Assembly (NCBI GenBank): GCA_951406725.2
Contig: OX597822.1
Span: 1,054,001 to 1,118,000 of the forward strand
Length of the DNA stretch: 64,000 bases
From: Octopus vulgaris
Lineage: Eukaryota
Direction: 5' to 3'
The position numbers were made by a program, and so were the translations under genes. The notes below the pieces were generated by a model. That model made no database searches. It saw only the letters and a program-made list of their open reading frames with translations, and was not told the DNA's origin. This document shows, one piece after another, positions 42,896 through 55,319 of this stretch (position 1 is the first letter of the stretch; each line of letters starts with the position of its first letter).

Positions 42896-43285
42896 CTAGC
42901 AGTATCATCCGGTGTTGCTTGGGTTTGTTTCGACCCTTTAGAATTGGAATTTTTGAAAAGCAAAAATTTTTCATTATGCAACTTGTTATTCTCTTCAAGT
43001 GAATATTTTTCCAGTTGAAATACACCGAAAAATGGTGGCACAGCAGTCAAAAATCGTAAAAAAATAGGGATTTTCATAGAAAAAAAGCACCTTTTTGATG
43101 TAATTAATTTTTGGTGTTAACATGGTCCGATTTGAATTTTATCTTCTACAGAATGAAGAGCAAGCCTTCTTCTATCATACTCACAATTTTGGTCAACTTG
43201 CGCTGCAGGGTCTCGAAGGAGATAGTGTTAGTTGAAGGCTACCAAACCTGTCACACACAGACAACTTCAGCTTTATATATATAGA
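42896..43285 (-). mobile_element. Non-autonomous Helitron, same family as 6017-6407
   Basis: Colinear and highly similar, with TC and CTAG termini at an A|T site. Confidence 0.85.
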
Positions 43286-44031
43286 TTTGCTACACACTAC
43301 TTTCCATCCGTTAATAATGAAACTTGGTAGATCCAAAAGTTAAACACACAGACACACACACAGATACACACACAGACACACAAGTTGAGTTTTATATATA
43401 TAGATTTCTCAACGGGGATTTCAGGGGAGAGTTTCAGGGAGTCGCTAGCGATGTATCGTGATGATCAAAAATCCGACCTGCTAAAATTTGGTTAAAGTGA
43501 CTCAAACTGCAGACTCAACGCAAAATGGTCACATTTAATTCAAAGCGTTAAAAATGTTATGAAAACAATTGGTATGTGTTCACAAAGTCCAAAAGATTAA
43601 TACGAAAAAACCCTCCAGGCTACATCCTGAAAATTCCTTTCTTTGCCGAATTTCTACAATGTTTACGGCGATTCGTTTTTATATCTTGATTTTTTTAATT
43701 TTTCATGCAATTTACGCATGCTTGCACGCGTGGTGAACACAGTTCACGTCAAACAGCTGACTGAGTAAAGTTCACTATTCAATGCATGAGATAAGGCCTA
43801 AACAAACACATTATCGATTTTTGCACTTGCGAGATAAATTTCGGAACAGAAATAGCGCAGTTCAATTTTCATTCGCCTAAACTTTAAGTGACCCATTTTT
43901 GGTGGTTCTACGATTTGTTGGCTAGGAAGAGATGTGCCGGGAAGTTAAACACACAGACACACACACAGATACACACAAAGACACACACACAGATACACAC
44001 AGAGACACACAAGTTGAGTTTTACATATAGA
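43286..44031 (-). mobile_element. Two stacked Helitron-like 5' ends (ending at 43404 and 44031)
   Basis: The duplicated block aagttaaacacacagacacacacacagatacacac..caagttgagtttta.atatagat reads TCTATAT..AAAACTCAACTTGTGTG on the minus strand. Confidence 0.55.
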
Positions 44032-44445
44032 TATATATATATGTGTGTGTGTGTGTGTACGTATATATATATATATATATATATGTGTGCATACATATAT
44101 GTATATTTATATATATGTGTGTGTGTGTGTGTATGTATGTATATATATAGATATATGTATATCTATATATATATAAATATATATATATATATACTTATAT
44201 ATATATGTATGTATATATTTATGTATATATATGTGTGTGTATATATATGGATATCTATGTATGCATATATATGTATATATATATATATATATATATGTAG
44301 ATGTATATATATATATGTGTGTGTGCGTTTGCATGTATACGTGCACATGTGTGCATATGCAGATTCTATGAACGAAGTTTTACTTTCCCTACTCCTATTG
44401 GAGTAATTTCCCTTAGCCAATGGCTTTTTTCCATAGCGTTTTTGT

Positions 44446-44520
44446 TTGTCTTAATAACTGATGAGATGCCCGAGCAGACTTCTGTCACGGCATTCGAAAC
44501 TCTGAGTTTTATTATGACAA
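44446..44520 (+). ncRNA. Type I hammerhead ribozyme, apparently complete
   Basis: Stem I TTGTCTTAATAA/TTATTATGACAA (11 of 12 pairs), CTGATGA at 44458-44464, stem II GATGCC..GGCATTC, GAAA at 44496-44499, palindromic stem III ACTC-T-GAGT, triplet GUU at 44506-44508. Confidence 0.85.
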
Positions 44521-45019
44521 CTAACTAAGTGTCACATATATTTATAAATAAATTCCTCTATTTACATATTATCGAGGTCTCATTCATTCTTTTGTTGTCA
44601 TATTATTATTACTAATATATATTATATTATATATATATATAATATAATATATGTATGTATATATATTTATGTATGTGTGTATATATATATATTTATGTAT
44701 GTGTATATGTATATATATTTATGTATGTGTATATGTATATATATTTATGTATGTGTGTATGTATATATATTTATGCATGTGTGTATGCATATATGTATGT
44801 GTATGCATATATATATATATATATTATATATATATATTACCTGTCGTATACTTACAGAAATGCATATACACACACGACCCCAGAGCGTGGGCAAATGCAT
44901 GAATGACTCACTTCGTATATCCACAGAACAGGTGTGTTCTGCTCGTGGAGTATATTTACAGGCGGCATATACATTTAACGCAATTAACTCATATTGTATA
45001 ATATGTATGTATGTATGTG

Positions 45020-45056
<37 letters not shown>

Positions 45057-45110
45057 CTGAATGTATGCCTGTATGTACGTCTAACTATGTTTGTGTGTAT
45101 ATATATATAC

Positions 45111-45142
<32 letters not shown>

Positions 45143-45674
45143 GCCTGTCTGTATATACATATATATATATTATGTATGTGTATATGTATATATATTTATG
45201 TATGTGTGTATGTATATATATTTATGCATGTGTGTATGTATATATGTATGTGTATGCATATATATATATATATTATATATATATATTACCTGTCGTATAC
45301 TTACAGAAATGCATATACGCATCCAGACTCATAGCGTATGTACATGAATTGTTCACAACCGTATACACAGAGAAGTTTTCGCTTTGATCTTACTAAAGAC
45401 TGATAACACTCTCTTGATGTTCTAAATGAGAATCCGATTCCGAATAGAATAAGCTTTAACTTGCCTCCAGCATTCACCTGCATCGAATCTGTGTTTAGGT
45501 CAGCCAAGACAACTTCCATTTCCACCGCCTTACTTCCCCACCCCCGCCACCCCACCGTATCAATCTATTCTCAAACCATTTTAGTCTTGCCCTTTATCGC
45601 TTATAGTACTTCGGCTTGCACCTTTAATGGAGGGAAAGGCTTCAGTAAGTCAAATATATGTAGAGTAAAATTAC

Positions 45675-45750
<76 letters not shown>

Positions 45751-45761
45751 ATATTTATCTA

Positions 45762-45794
<33 letters not shown>

Positions 45795-45899
45795 ATTCAT
45801 GTATGTGTACACATACATACGATGCTGACCTGAGAGATCTATATACATATTATAGGTCCCCTGTAGATCCATATATCCGTACATACGTACAGTTCTATT

Positions 45900-46112
45900 T
45901 TTTTTTGTCTCAGTCAACTGACTGCGGCTATGGTGGGGCATCGCGTTTTAGGGTTTTACTGCATAATTATCGACCTCAGGACTTCTTTCGTGTTAAGCCT
46001 AGTATTCATTCTGTCAGTCTGTTTTGCTGAACCGTTTAGTTCCGGGGATGCAAACACAGTTGTGAACTGGTCGTGGGGGACAAGCAATGACAGACACACA
46101 TACATACATACA

Positions 46113-46148
<36 letters not shown>

Positions 46149-46281
46149 TATATATACACACACGTTTATAAGTACCTAGGGCTCTGCTATATCTTAGGTT
46201 CGACCAAACCCCTATTTTTAGACGGAAACCGAAAAGAGGCCGGGACAAGCAATGACAGACATACATACATACATACATACA

Positions 46282-46353
<72 letters not shown>

Positions 46354-46623
46354 TTTATAAGTACCTAGGGCTCTGCTATATCCTAGGTTCGACCAAACCC
46401 CTATTTTTAGACGGAAACCGAAAAGAGGCCACCATGTATGTGTATGTATGTAAATAGGTAGTATGTATATGTGTGTATCTGTATGTGCGTGTGAATAAAC
46501 ACATACATACATACATATACATGTATATATACATACATATATATATATATATATAAACACACTAACACCAGTTGTCAAGCGATGGTGGGAGACAAATACA
46601 GACATACACACACACACACATAG

Positions 46624-46669
<46 letters not shown>

Positions 46670-46810
46670 AGCTTCATTCAATTTCCCTCTACTAAATACG
46701 CTCACAAAACTTTGGACAGCGCCAGGCTATAGTAGCAGACGCTTGCCCTAGGTGACATGTTCCAGAACCATGTGGCTAAGAAGTAAGTTCCTTGCCACAG
46801 AGCCACGCCC
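45900..46810 (-). mobile_element. SINE family B pieces containing a local tandem duplication (46077-46240, 46241-46430)
   Basis: gggacaagcaatgacagac..gtacctagggctctgctatatc.taggttcgaccaaacccc..gaaaagaggc occurs twice. Confidence 0.75.
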
Positions 46811-46814
46811 GCGC

Positions 46815-46848
<34 letters not shown>

Positions 46849-47084
46849 TGAGGTTTTATTATAGATCTCGTACTATATTCTCTTTTCTTTCTTCTTACAG
46901 AGTTGGTATTATATTACCTAATCATATTCCGAAATTGTTAATTTGATTATACACTAATTAACTAATTAACACTTAACTAGATACTATACAATATTACATC
47001 TTTCACTAGGCGTGACATGACACCATTTTTACTCTTGTTTCAACAACAGAGATTGCTTTCAGTTTCTTAGCTCGTCTCTCCACT

Positions 47085-47134
<50 letters not shown>

Positions 47135-47161
47135 ATGTACATATCTATATATATGTATACA

Positions 47162-47756
47162 TATTGCTCTCAGCTATGGTCACCAACCTGTGTCAGATTA
47201 ATTGCAGAATTTGAGGCAATCCAACAAAGCTACACGAAGAAGATAGCCTCTATGCTGCATATAAGCTATTGAGAAAGACTCAAGAGATTAAGACTCTATT
47301 CTTTAGAGCGTAGGCGCATAATATATATCTGGAAGATCCTAGAAGGACTTGTCCCAAACTTTGACATCGAGAATTACACAAATACTGGAACAGGGCGCCA
47401 TTGCATGGTGCCAAGGATTCCAAATTTGCCATGATGATATAGGACAAGATACTACAACAGCCTGGGCTTCATGGAACCACAGCTCTTCAATATCCTCCCG
47501 AAGGTCCTGAGAGACCTGTATGGCTGGATGTAGGCGTCTTCAAACTGAAACTGGACCTTTGGCTGTCAAGTGTCCCAGATGAACCAACTTCACAACAGGG
47601 AGTACAGATGGGAGCAGCAGCATGAAACGCCGTCATGCACCAAATGACAATCTCTAAAAAGAATTAGTGAACTAAAATTATGCAGCTGCACCAAATGGCG
47701 GTAACCCAGCATGGCCACAGCTCATGAGTTGAAACTTGATCAAATCAAATCAAATC
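47162..47756 (+). pseudogene. CR1/L2-type LINE 3' portion
   Basis: YCSQLWSP..EAIQQSYTKKI..SY*ERLKRLRLYSLERRR..WKILEGLVPNF..PQLFNILPK..VPDEP, ending ggcggta.cccagcatggccacagctc..tgaaact plus (CAAAT)n. Confidence 0.85.
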
Positions 47757-47757
47757 A

Positions 47758-47806
<49 letters not shown>

Positions 47807-47823
47807 ATATATATAATTACATG

Positions 47824-47863
<40 letters not shown>

Positions 47864-47930
47864 CATATCTATATATCTATATATATAATTACATGTCTCT
47901 CTCTCTCTATATATATATATATACATACAT

Positions 47931-47989
<59 letters not shown>

Positions 47990-48099
47990 TATACGATATA
48001 TACACATATATATACGATATATACATATCCATATATATATAAATACATATCTGGGTGGCAATTGTAGCCCCCTTTTGGCGGACCTTTATCTTTCTTCAT

Positions 48100-48620
48100 G
48101 CGAGTTCCTTTTTCTTACAAGGTAGGTTTGCTTAAACAACTTGATGGAAGTTGCAGATACATAGACGATATATTTATACCTAGCATGGTTTCTTTGAATC
48201 TTTACTCAGAAAAATATACCCCTGTGAGCTTATTACCAGAAATGGTAATGATATAAGAAATATTAATCTTGTCAATTAATTATGTCGATCTAGTAATTAT
48301 GTACTGTAACAAAGTAATATGTACTGACATTTATAATAAAGCAGAAAATTTTGGTTTCCAAGTGGCTTCAATGCCATGGTTCAGTAATTATAAAATTCCT
48401 TCTTTTTAATTGGGCAAATCGTCAGATAATATTACTATTATTAATAATATTACTATTATTAATAATATTAATACATTTTTGGAAAGAATAAATAAGCTGT
48501 TAAGACATAGTAAAACATGTTTATAAACATGGTAAGTTGGTTAAAACTTTTAATCGCTGTTTAGGAGGGAAACCTAAAATTTTAAATAAATATGAGGTAA
48601 TATCTTGTCTTCAGCTTAGC
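48100..48620 (+). pseudogene. Penelope-like RT remnant, another family
   Basis: CRYIDDIF at 48152-48175, then IYP.EL and INYVDLVI..TDIYNKAENFGFQVASMP (compare FLDL.I..T.LYDKRDDF.F.I..FP). Confidence 0.7.
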
Positions 48621-48984
48621 AAATATTTGTAAGGATTTGAAGGTTTACGATTCGAGTTATTTGCTTACTACGTCACCGGTATTGAGACAATTGAGAAAGG
48701 GGTAATTACGCACCACGTTATCAATATTTAGCTGCTCTTTAAATTCTTGGTGAGGAAGCCGCGTGTCTGATTAAACATCTAAGCGTTAATACTTGTGGGT
48801 TTATTGTTTTTAAACGGTTTTATTGTCTTTTGAATAGATTAATTAGCTTTAAACATAGCAAGTTTTATAATATTAGTTTATTACAAGTTCTTTTATGAGT
48901 TCTTATTTAATGAAATTTAAGTGTATATTCAATATTATAACTTGTAATAGTGATATACTAATGAGTATGTAGTGTTTTAATCTC

Positions 48985-49145
48985 TTTTTACTCTCTTTTA
49001 CTTGTTTCAGTCATTTAAGTGCGCCCATGCAACTCAACACCAGGACTTATTCTTTGTAAGCCTAGTACTAATTCTATCGGTCTTTTGCCGAACCGCTAAG
49101 TTACGGGGACGTAAACACAGCACCATCTGTTGACAAGCGATGTTG

Positions 49146-49188
<43 letters not shown>

Positions 49189-49342
49189 GCACATATATAC
49201 GACGGGCTTCTTTCAGTTTCCGTCTACCTAATCCATTCACAAGGCTTTGGTCGGCTCGAAGCTACAGAACACACTTGCTCAAGGTGCCACGCAGTGGGAC
49301 TGAACCCGGAACCATGTGGTTGGTAAGCAAGCTACTTCCCAC
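48985..49342 (-). mobile_element. SINE family B, near full length
   Basis: Reverse complement of 56926-57308. Confidence 0.9.
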
Positions 49343-49714
49343 ACACCCACTCCTGCGCCTATTATTAACTTTTGAATGATGAAATATTGTATTTCACTCA
49401 TAAAAATATTAGTTAAATTAATTTCAATCGTGTGTTGCTTTGGAAAAATATTTATTGTATTTGAACTTTCATTATAGTAATATCTATGGAAGACCGGTAT
49501 GATTATTATTTATATGGACTTAAAGATGGACCGTAATTTAGCATATAATTTAGTTATTGCAGTCTATTATTAATACCGATACAATGTGCATTGTTTTAAA
49601 TGTCTCTTGTAATTTTAGTAAGGTTAATGTTTAATCCTGCCTACAGGCAGCGTGGGATTGGTTGAAACAGTGTGGTTATTCAGCTTTACCTTTATATTAC
49701 ACTACGGAAGACGG

Positions 49715-50065
49715 TATGATGATACCTCTTTCCAAGTGCACAATACCAAAATGGTGACAAAGTGCAGACGGCTGGCTGGGTGGATCCTGAGAGGTTCAGA
49801 ATCAGAGATAAAGAAACTACCTGGGCTACTGCTCCCAGCTACGGTCACCCAACAGTGTAAAATTAACAGTGGATCTTGAAGCAATTCAGCGTAGCTTCAC
49901 AAAGAAGATCGTCTCATTGCAACAGATCAGCTACTGGGAAAGGCTGAAAGAGCTAAGACTCTACTTCCTGGAGCAAAGGTGTAAGAGATATGCAGTAATG
50001 GACATCTTAAAGATCCTGAAAGGGATTGTGCCAAATTTTGGCATTGAAATCTACACCTATAAATT
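49715..50065 (+). pseudogene. CR1/L2-type LINE fragment
   Basis: KCRRLAGWILR..DLEAIQRSFTKKIVSLQQISYWERLKELRLYFLEQR..ILKGIVPNFGI. Confidence 0.85.
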
Positions 50066-50132
50066 CAAAGTGCCTATGTGATAACTGTAAACCTATTTTT
50101 GAGCCACCCTCTCTCTCTCTCTATCTCTCTCC

Positions 50133-50160
<28 letters not shown>

Positions 50161-50163
<3 letters not shown>

Positions 50164-50661
50164 CCCCTCCCCTCTTTCAAACGAGCCCACAACCTTCGAG
50201 ACCTTTTAGTCCATAGCTCCTTCCCTGACCCTACCTCCCAACCCCGCTCGGTCCCCTGCTCCCGCCCACGTTGCCGCACTTGCCCTTACCTCTCCAACAC
50301 AACCCTCCTCACTAGCACCCATCATCGACCCTATCGCATCATCAACTCCTTCACCTGCACCTCCAGCAATATTATCTATTGCGTCTCTTGCTCTCTCTGC
50401 AATTCCTTGTACATCGGACAAACGGGACGCCGCTTGGCTGACCGGTTCGCGGAACACCTTCGTGACATCCACCTTGCGAACGACACACCAGTCTCACGCC
50501 ATTTCCGCTCCACCGGTCACTCCTTGCAGCACCTGTTTGTGTTCGGTTTGTCCTTACACAGAGGCCATCCGGATTCCCGTTTGCGCCGTGAACAGGAATT
50601 AATCTTCTCTCTTCGCTCTTATACGCCATTTGGTCTCAACTCTCCCCCCCTCCTCATCTAA
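50161..50661 (+). CDS. Penelope-like element GIY-YIG endonuclease domain (5'-truncated, uninterrupted frame)
   Basis: FKRAHNLRDLLV..CSRPRCRTC..FTCTSSNIIYCVSCSLCNSLYIGQTGRRLADRFAEH..PVSRHF..REQELIFSLRSYTPFGLN. There is no native start codon, so it is probably not an expressed gene. Confidence 0.9.
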
Positions 50662-51112
50662 CCCCCCTCTCCCCCTCCTCATCTAACCCCCTCTCCCCCT
50701 CCTCACCTACCTTCCCCCCGACCCCTACTTCTCTTCAGTCTTCATCCTTTCACCCCTACTCCCCTTCCCTTCTTCCCTCTTTCTCCCTCTTTCTCCCTTC
50801 TTCCCTCTTTCTCCCTCCCTCCTTCCCTCTACCCCTTCCCTCTGCTCCCTCACTCCCCTTCTATCTCCACCCCTTCCCTCTGCTCCCTCACTCCCCTTCT
50901 CTCTCCCCCTCTCCTCCCCTCTCCTCCTCCCCCTCTTTCTCCCTCCCTCCTTCCCTCTTCCTCTTCCCTCTGCTCCCTCACTCCCCTTCTCTCTCCCCCT
51001 CTCCCTCTTTCCTCCTTCCTCCTCCCCTTCCTTCTCCCCTCCTATCTCCCCCTCCCCCTCATCTCCTCCCCCTCCTCTCCCGCTCCTCTTCCCCCCTCTT
51101 CTCCTCTCTCCA
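50640..51112. repeat. Polypyrimidine (C/T) tract with short internal repeats in the PLE 3' region
   Basis: Almost purely C/T on +; cttccctctgctccctcactccccttct occurs three times. Confidence 0.9.
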
Positions 51113-51385
51113 CACTACACCACACGACTTTACACATCACATCATATATACATACACACGTCCAGACCTCTCATACGCACTAATACTCTCTCATACACAC
51201 ACACACACACACACACACCCTTATGTTCGAGTAGGTCATTCAACCCTATTATCTCCCCTAATTTCGCTCTCGTGTCTCATGTTTGATCTTTGACTTCTGG
51301 CCGAAATCAGATCGCCATGTTGATTCGTTAGTTACTGCACGCATATTTTTTTCTCTCCTTCTTTCTGTGTTTTTTTTTCTGTGTA

Positions 51386-51423
51386 TCTTTCTGTTGAAGA
51401 GCGTAGGCTCGAAACGTTAAAGA
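51386..51423 (+). ncRNA. Minimal hammerhead of the PLE tail, core variant CUGUUGA
   Basis: TCTTT-CTGTTGA-A-GAGC(GTAG)GCTC-GAAAC-GT-T-AAAGA with palindromic ACGT stem III, about 730 bp downstream of the GIY-YIG stop. Confidence 0.7.
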
Positions 51424-51729
51424 CTTGTTTTATTTATATTTCCTGAGCGCCATACTAATACAATTGTTTGTTTGTTTTCCACCTGCCTTCGTCTTTTGTC
51501 TATTTTCATAAAGCTTCCCGTTATATATATATATATATCTACAGATATAGAAATATAAATATATACATATAAACACACATATATATATACATATATATAT
51601 ACATACATATATATACATATATATATACATATATATATATACACACATACATTTATATACATATTTATATATACATATATATACACGCATACATATATAT
51701 GCATATATATATACATATATATACACATC

Positions 51730-51761
<32 letters not shown>

Positions 51762-51778
51762 TATACATATATATGTAT

Positions 51779-51815
<37 letters not shown>

Positions 51816-52205
51816 CCCACATATATATACGCATAAATATATATACACATATATATATATATATATATACATACATATAAATACACACACGCACACATGT
51901 ATTACTTGCTACCGAGACTTTTACGTTCCTGTTCGTAAGAAGGGGAAACTCTGAATGGCACTGTTTTGTGATACTCTTGTGATTCTCTACAGCTTTAATA
52001 ATAAAATATATTGATAGCGACTTCGATGTTTCGACCAGCTCCAGCAATCATCGATCACGGTTTCGTTGATCGAGTCTCCGAAGTCAATGTCAGTTCATTT
52101 CTTGAAGAATAAATAGGTACTCTTTCAATAGGTTTAATGTGATTTCTTTTATCATGACATAAAAATAAACATTAGTGTACATATATGTGAGTGGATGTGT
52201 GTGTA

Positions 52206-52256
<51 letters not shown>

Positions 52257-52734
52257 GCGTGTGCGTCTTTAGACTCACAAAGTCATGACTATAAATATAT
52301 TTTTAAACGCGTAAGCTTGTTTATGTCTAGACGTTTCAGCCGCACTATTAACATTTATGAGAAATTAATGAATTAATTACCTGAGGTCTGCGCACTCGCT
52401 CCCTCGCGCACACGCACACACGCACGCACACACACACACACACACACACACATATTCGCGGAAATAAACATCTCCATATGAACGTGGATTCGAGCTCTTC
52501 GACATCAGACTAATTAAATCATTAGACTAATTGCTTTAACGAACATTCCCAATTTAATTGAATATCATAAAATAATTAATTTCCGAATGTGTAATCGTAT
52601 GATTCGAATTACATATGTTTTGTAAGGTAGAGTCTCTGCCAGTTTTCTAATCTGGAAAACTGGATTCGATTTGGGTTTGAAAATAAATAGTTCTATATGT
52701 TTAACTCTAAATTTTGAGAAATTCGTGAATGATA

Positions 52735-53064
52735 CAGACTGGCTGTGTGGTAAAAGGTTTGCTTCCACACCACATGCTTCTGGGCTCAGTCTCACTGCAT
52801 GGCATCTTGGCAAGTGTCTTCCACTGTGGCCTCGGGTCATTTAACGTCTTGTGAGTAGATTTGGTAGACGAAAACTGAAATAAGCCTACCGTGAGTTCAC
52901 AAATATAGGAGTGGCTGTGTGGTAAGTAGCTTGCTTACCAGCCACATGGTTCTGCGTTCAGTCCCACTGCGTTGCACCTTGGGCAAATGTCTTCTACTAT
53001 TGCCTCGGGCCGACCAAAGCCTTGTAAGTGGATTTGGTAGACAGAAACTGAAAGAAGTCCGTCG

Positions 53065-53129
<65 letters not shown>

Positions 53130-53297
53130 ATGTGTTTGTGCTTGTCTCCGCAACATCGCTTGACAACCGTTGGTGATGTGTTTACGTACCTGTAACTTAG
53201 CGGCTCGGCAAAAGAGACCGACAGAATAAGTCCTGGGGTCGATTTGCTCGACTAAAGGCGGTGCTCCAGCATGGCCACAGTCAAATGACTGAAACAA

Positions 53298-53348
<51 letters not shown>

Positions 53349-53514
53349 AAGAGTATGTATATGCAATTGTCAGTTGTGGAACATGGCTGTCAGTACATAA
53401 ACCTGACGATTGCGTAGCGTGTTGAAAGTACTAGTTTATTTCAATATTGTAAAATTGTAAAAGTTGCAAATAATGTAACGCGAAAATCAGACTTAGTTGC
53501 AATTTCATTGATTA

Positions 53515-53563
<49 letters not shown>

Positions 53564-54213
53564 AATTTTAACTCTTTGTGTTTGTCCCCCAACACCGCTA
53601 AAGAACCGGTGCAGGTATGTTAATGTCCCCGTTAGTTGGCTGTTTGCCATAAGATGACTTTGGATTAAGTACGAAGCTTAAAAAATCCAGGGATCCTCAA
53701 AGTGGTGCCCCACCATGGCTGAAATTTAATGACTTAAACTAGTAAAAGATAAAGGATGCGTGTGTGCGTGTTTAAATTAGTACCGCCTTCGGTTTTTGGA
53801 CTTAGGCCTCGCTGGGATACGGCTTTGTCGAACAGATTGACTCCTGGCCCTTCTTCTATCGAGTATTTTTTTCCGAACTGCTAGGTTACAGGGACATGTA
53901 CAAGCCAACACCGTTTGTCAAGCAATGGTGGGAGACAAAAACAGATACACGCGCGCGCACGCACACAGACACACACGCACACGAGCGTGCATAGGCACAC
54001 ACACATATATACACATACACACATATGTACAAAAAGGGCTTCTTTCGTCTTCCGTCAACGAAATTCACTCACAACAGTTTGATCAGTTCGGGGGCTGTTG
54101 CAGACAATTGCCCAAGGTGCCACGAGAGACTACATGACCGACAGACAAGCAAGCTCCTTAACCGCACACCCACCCTTCTGTGTGTGTGTGTGTGTATGAG
54201 AGAGAGTAAGAGT

Positions 54214-54254
<41 letters not shown>

Positions 54255-54410
54255 CAATATAAGCGAATGTTTAAGAAATCCGCTTCGTAACCACGAGGTC
54301 TCGAATTCGATTCTACCAAAGCATCTTGGGCAAACGTAATTTTCTATAGCCTTGAATTGACTCATATCTTGAGCTTCAATGTGGGTTGAAGGAAACGGTA
54401 GAGAAGCCTG
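52735..54410. mobile_element. Cluster of SINE family B copies (+ 52735-52890, + 52905-53305, + 53520-53750, - 53780-54170, + 54260-54410)
   Basis: Repeated head ggctgtgtggtaa..gcttgctt.c.a.ccacatg and tail cagcatggcc.cagtcaaatgactgaaacaagtaaaaga. Confidence 0.8.
53397..53439 (+). ncRNA. Minimal type I hammerhead-like motif
   Basis: ATAAAC-CTGACGA-(14 nt, weak stem II)-GAAA-GTAC-TA-GTTTAT. Perfect 6-bp stem I and palindromic stem III AGTACT. Confidence 0.6.
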
Positions 54411-54732
54411 TCAGCTGTCTTCTATATGTAATTGAAATGGCATGACCTTGTCACACACTGTCTCACAAAATCTTGCCTCTGAATTGGTTTGTAAGTAAAC
54501 ATATTGATGAAAAACTCAGCTAGTTACACATTCAATTGAACGAACAACTGAGTCTTCACCCTCGAACGACATATTCTCCTCTCAGATTCACACTTATTGC
54601 AGCGGTCCTACAGTTTTTCTAAGATCTGTAAAAGAACTCGGCAAATTGGGCTTCAAGCCAGGCCTTTCGCGATACCCTCAAAGCCAGGATTTTTCCAGCA
54701 CCCCCTCATATGCATGCATTTATATTCTACTC

Positions 54733-54785
<53 letters not shown>

Positions 54786-55074
54786 GAGAGAGAGGGGAGA
54801 GAAAGAGAGAGAAGACTTACTACTCAGCCTTGCTCGGTAAAGTATTCACGGGATTGTTTACCAGTTTGAAGAATGGGAATTCACGGTACTTATGCATGTA
54901 TGTATATTTAACCTACTTCTGGACTTATTTAAGAATACTAACAATAGAAATCAATTTACATGAGGAGAATCATTATTTTAACAATTTTTATCCTGAAAAT
55001 CACCTGTTACTTTTATTTTAAAGTGAAAGAGAGGAGAAAGCGAAAGCTGTATGAACTTGTATATGAAATGGACG

Positions 55075-55268
55075 TGCTAAGCGGTATTTGGTCTGACGTT
55101 ACGTTCTGAGTTCAAATTTCGTCGAGGTGGACTTTACCTTTCATCCTTACGGGGTCGATAAATTAAGTACTAGTTACGCACTGGGATCAATATAATCGAC
55201 TTCAGCCGTTTGTCTGTCCTTGTTTGTCCCCTCTGTGTGTAGCCCCTTGTGGGCAGTAAAAGAAATAA
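55075..55268 (+). mobile_element. SINE family A, tail type 1 (similar partial copies at 26655-26835 and 58335-58460)
   Basis: gttacgttctgagttcaaatt..cctttcatcctt.cggggtcgataaattaagtac..gccccttgtgggcagtaaa. Confidence 0.85.
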
Positions 55269-55319
55269 GAATTATCTATCACTTTGATCCTATTTTTGTG
55301 ACAATCATAATGGCTTCTG

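Noticed and set aside
50026-50160. N-terminal part of the 211-aa ORF as a real start for the GIY-YIG protein
   Set aside because: It runs through a LINE fragment and (CT)/(TA) microsatellite, so it is a chance in-frame fusion.
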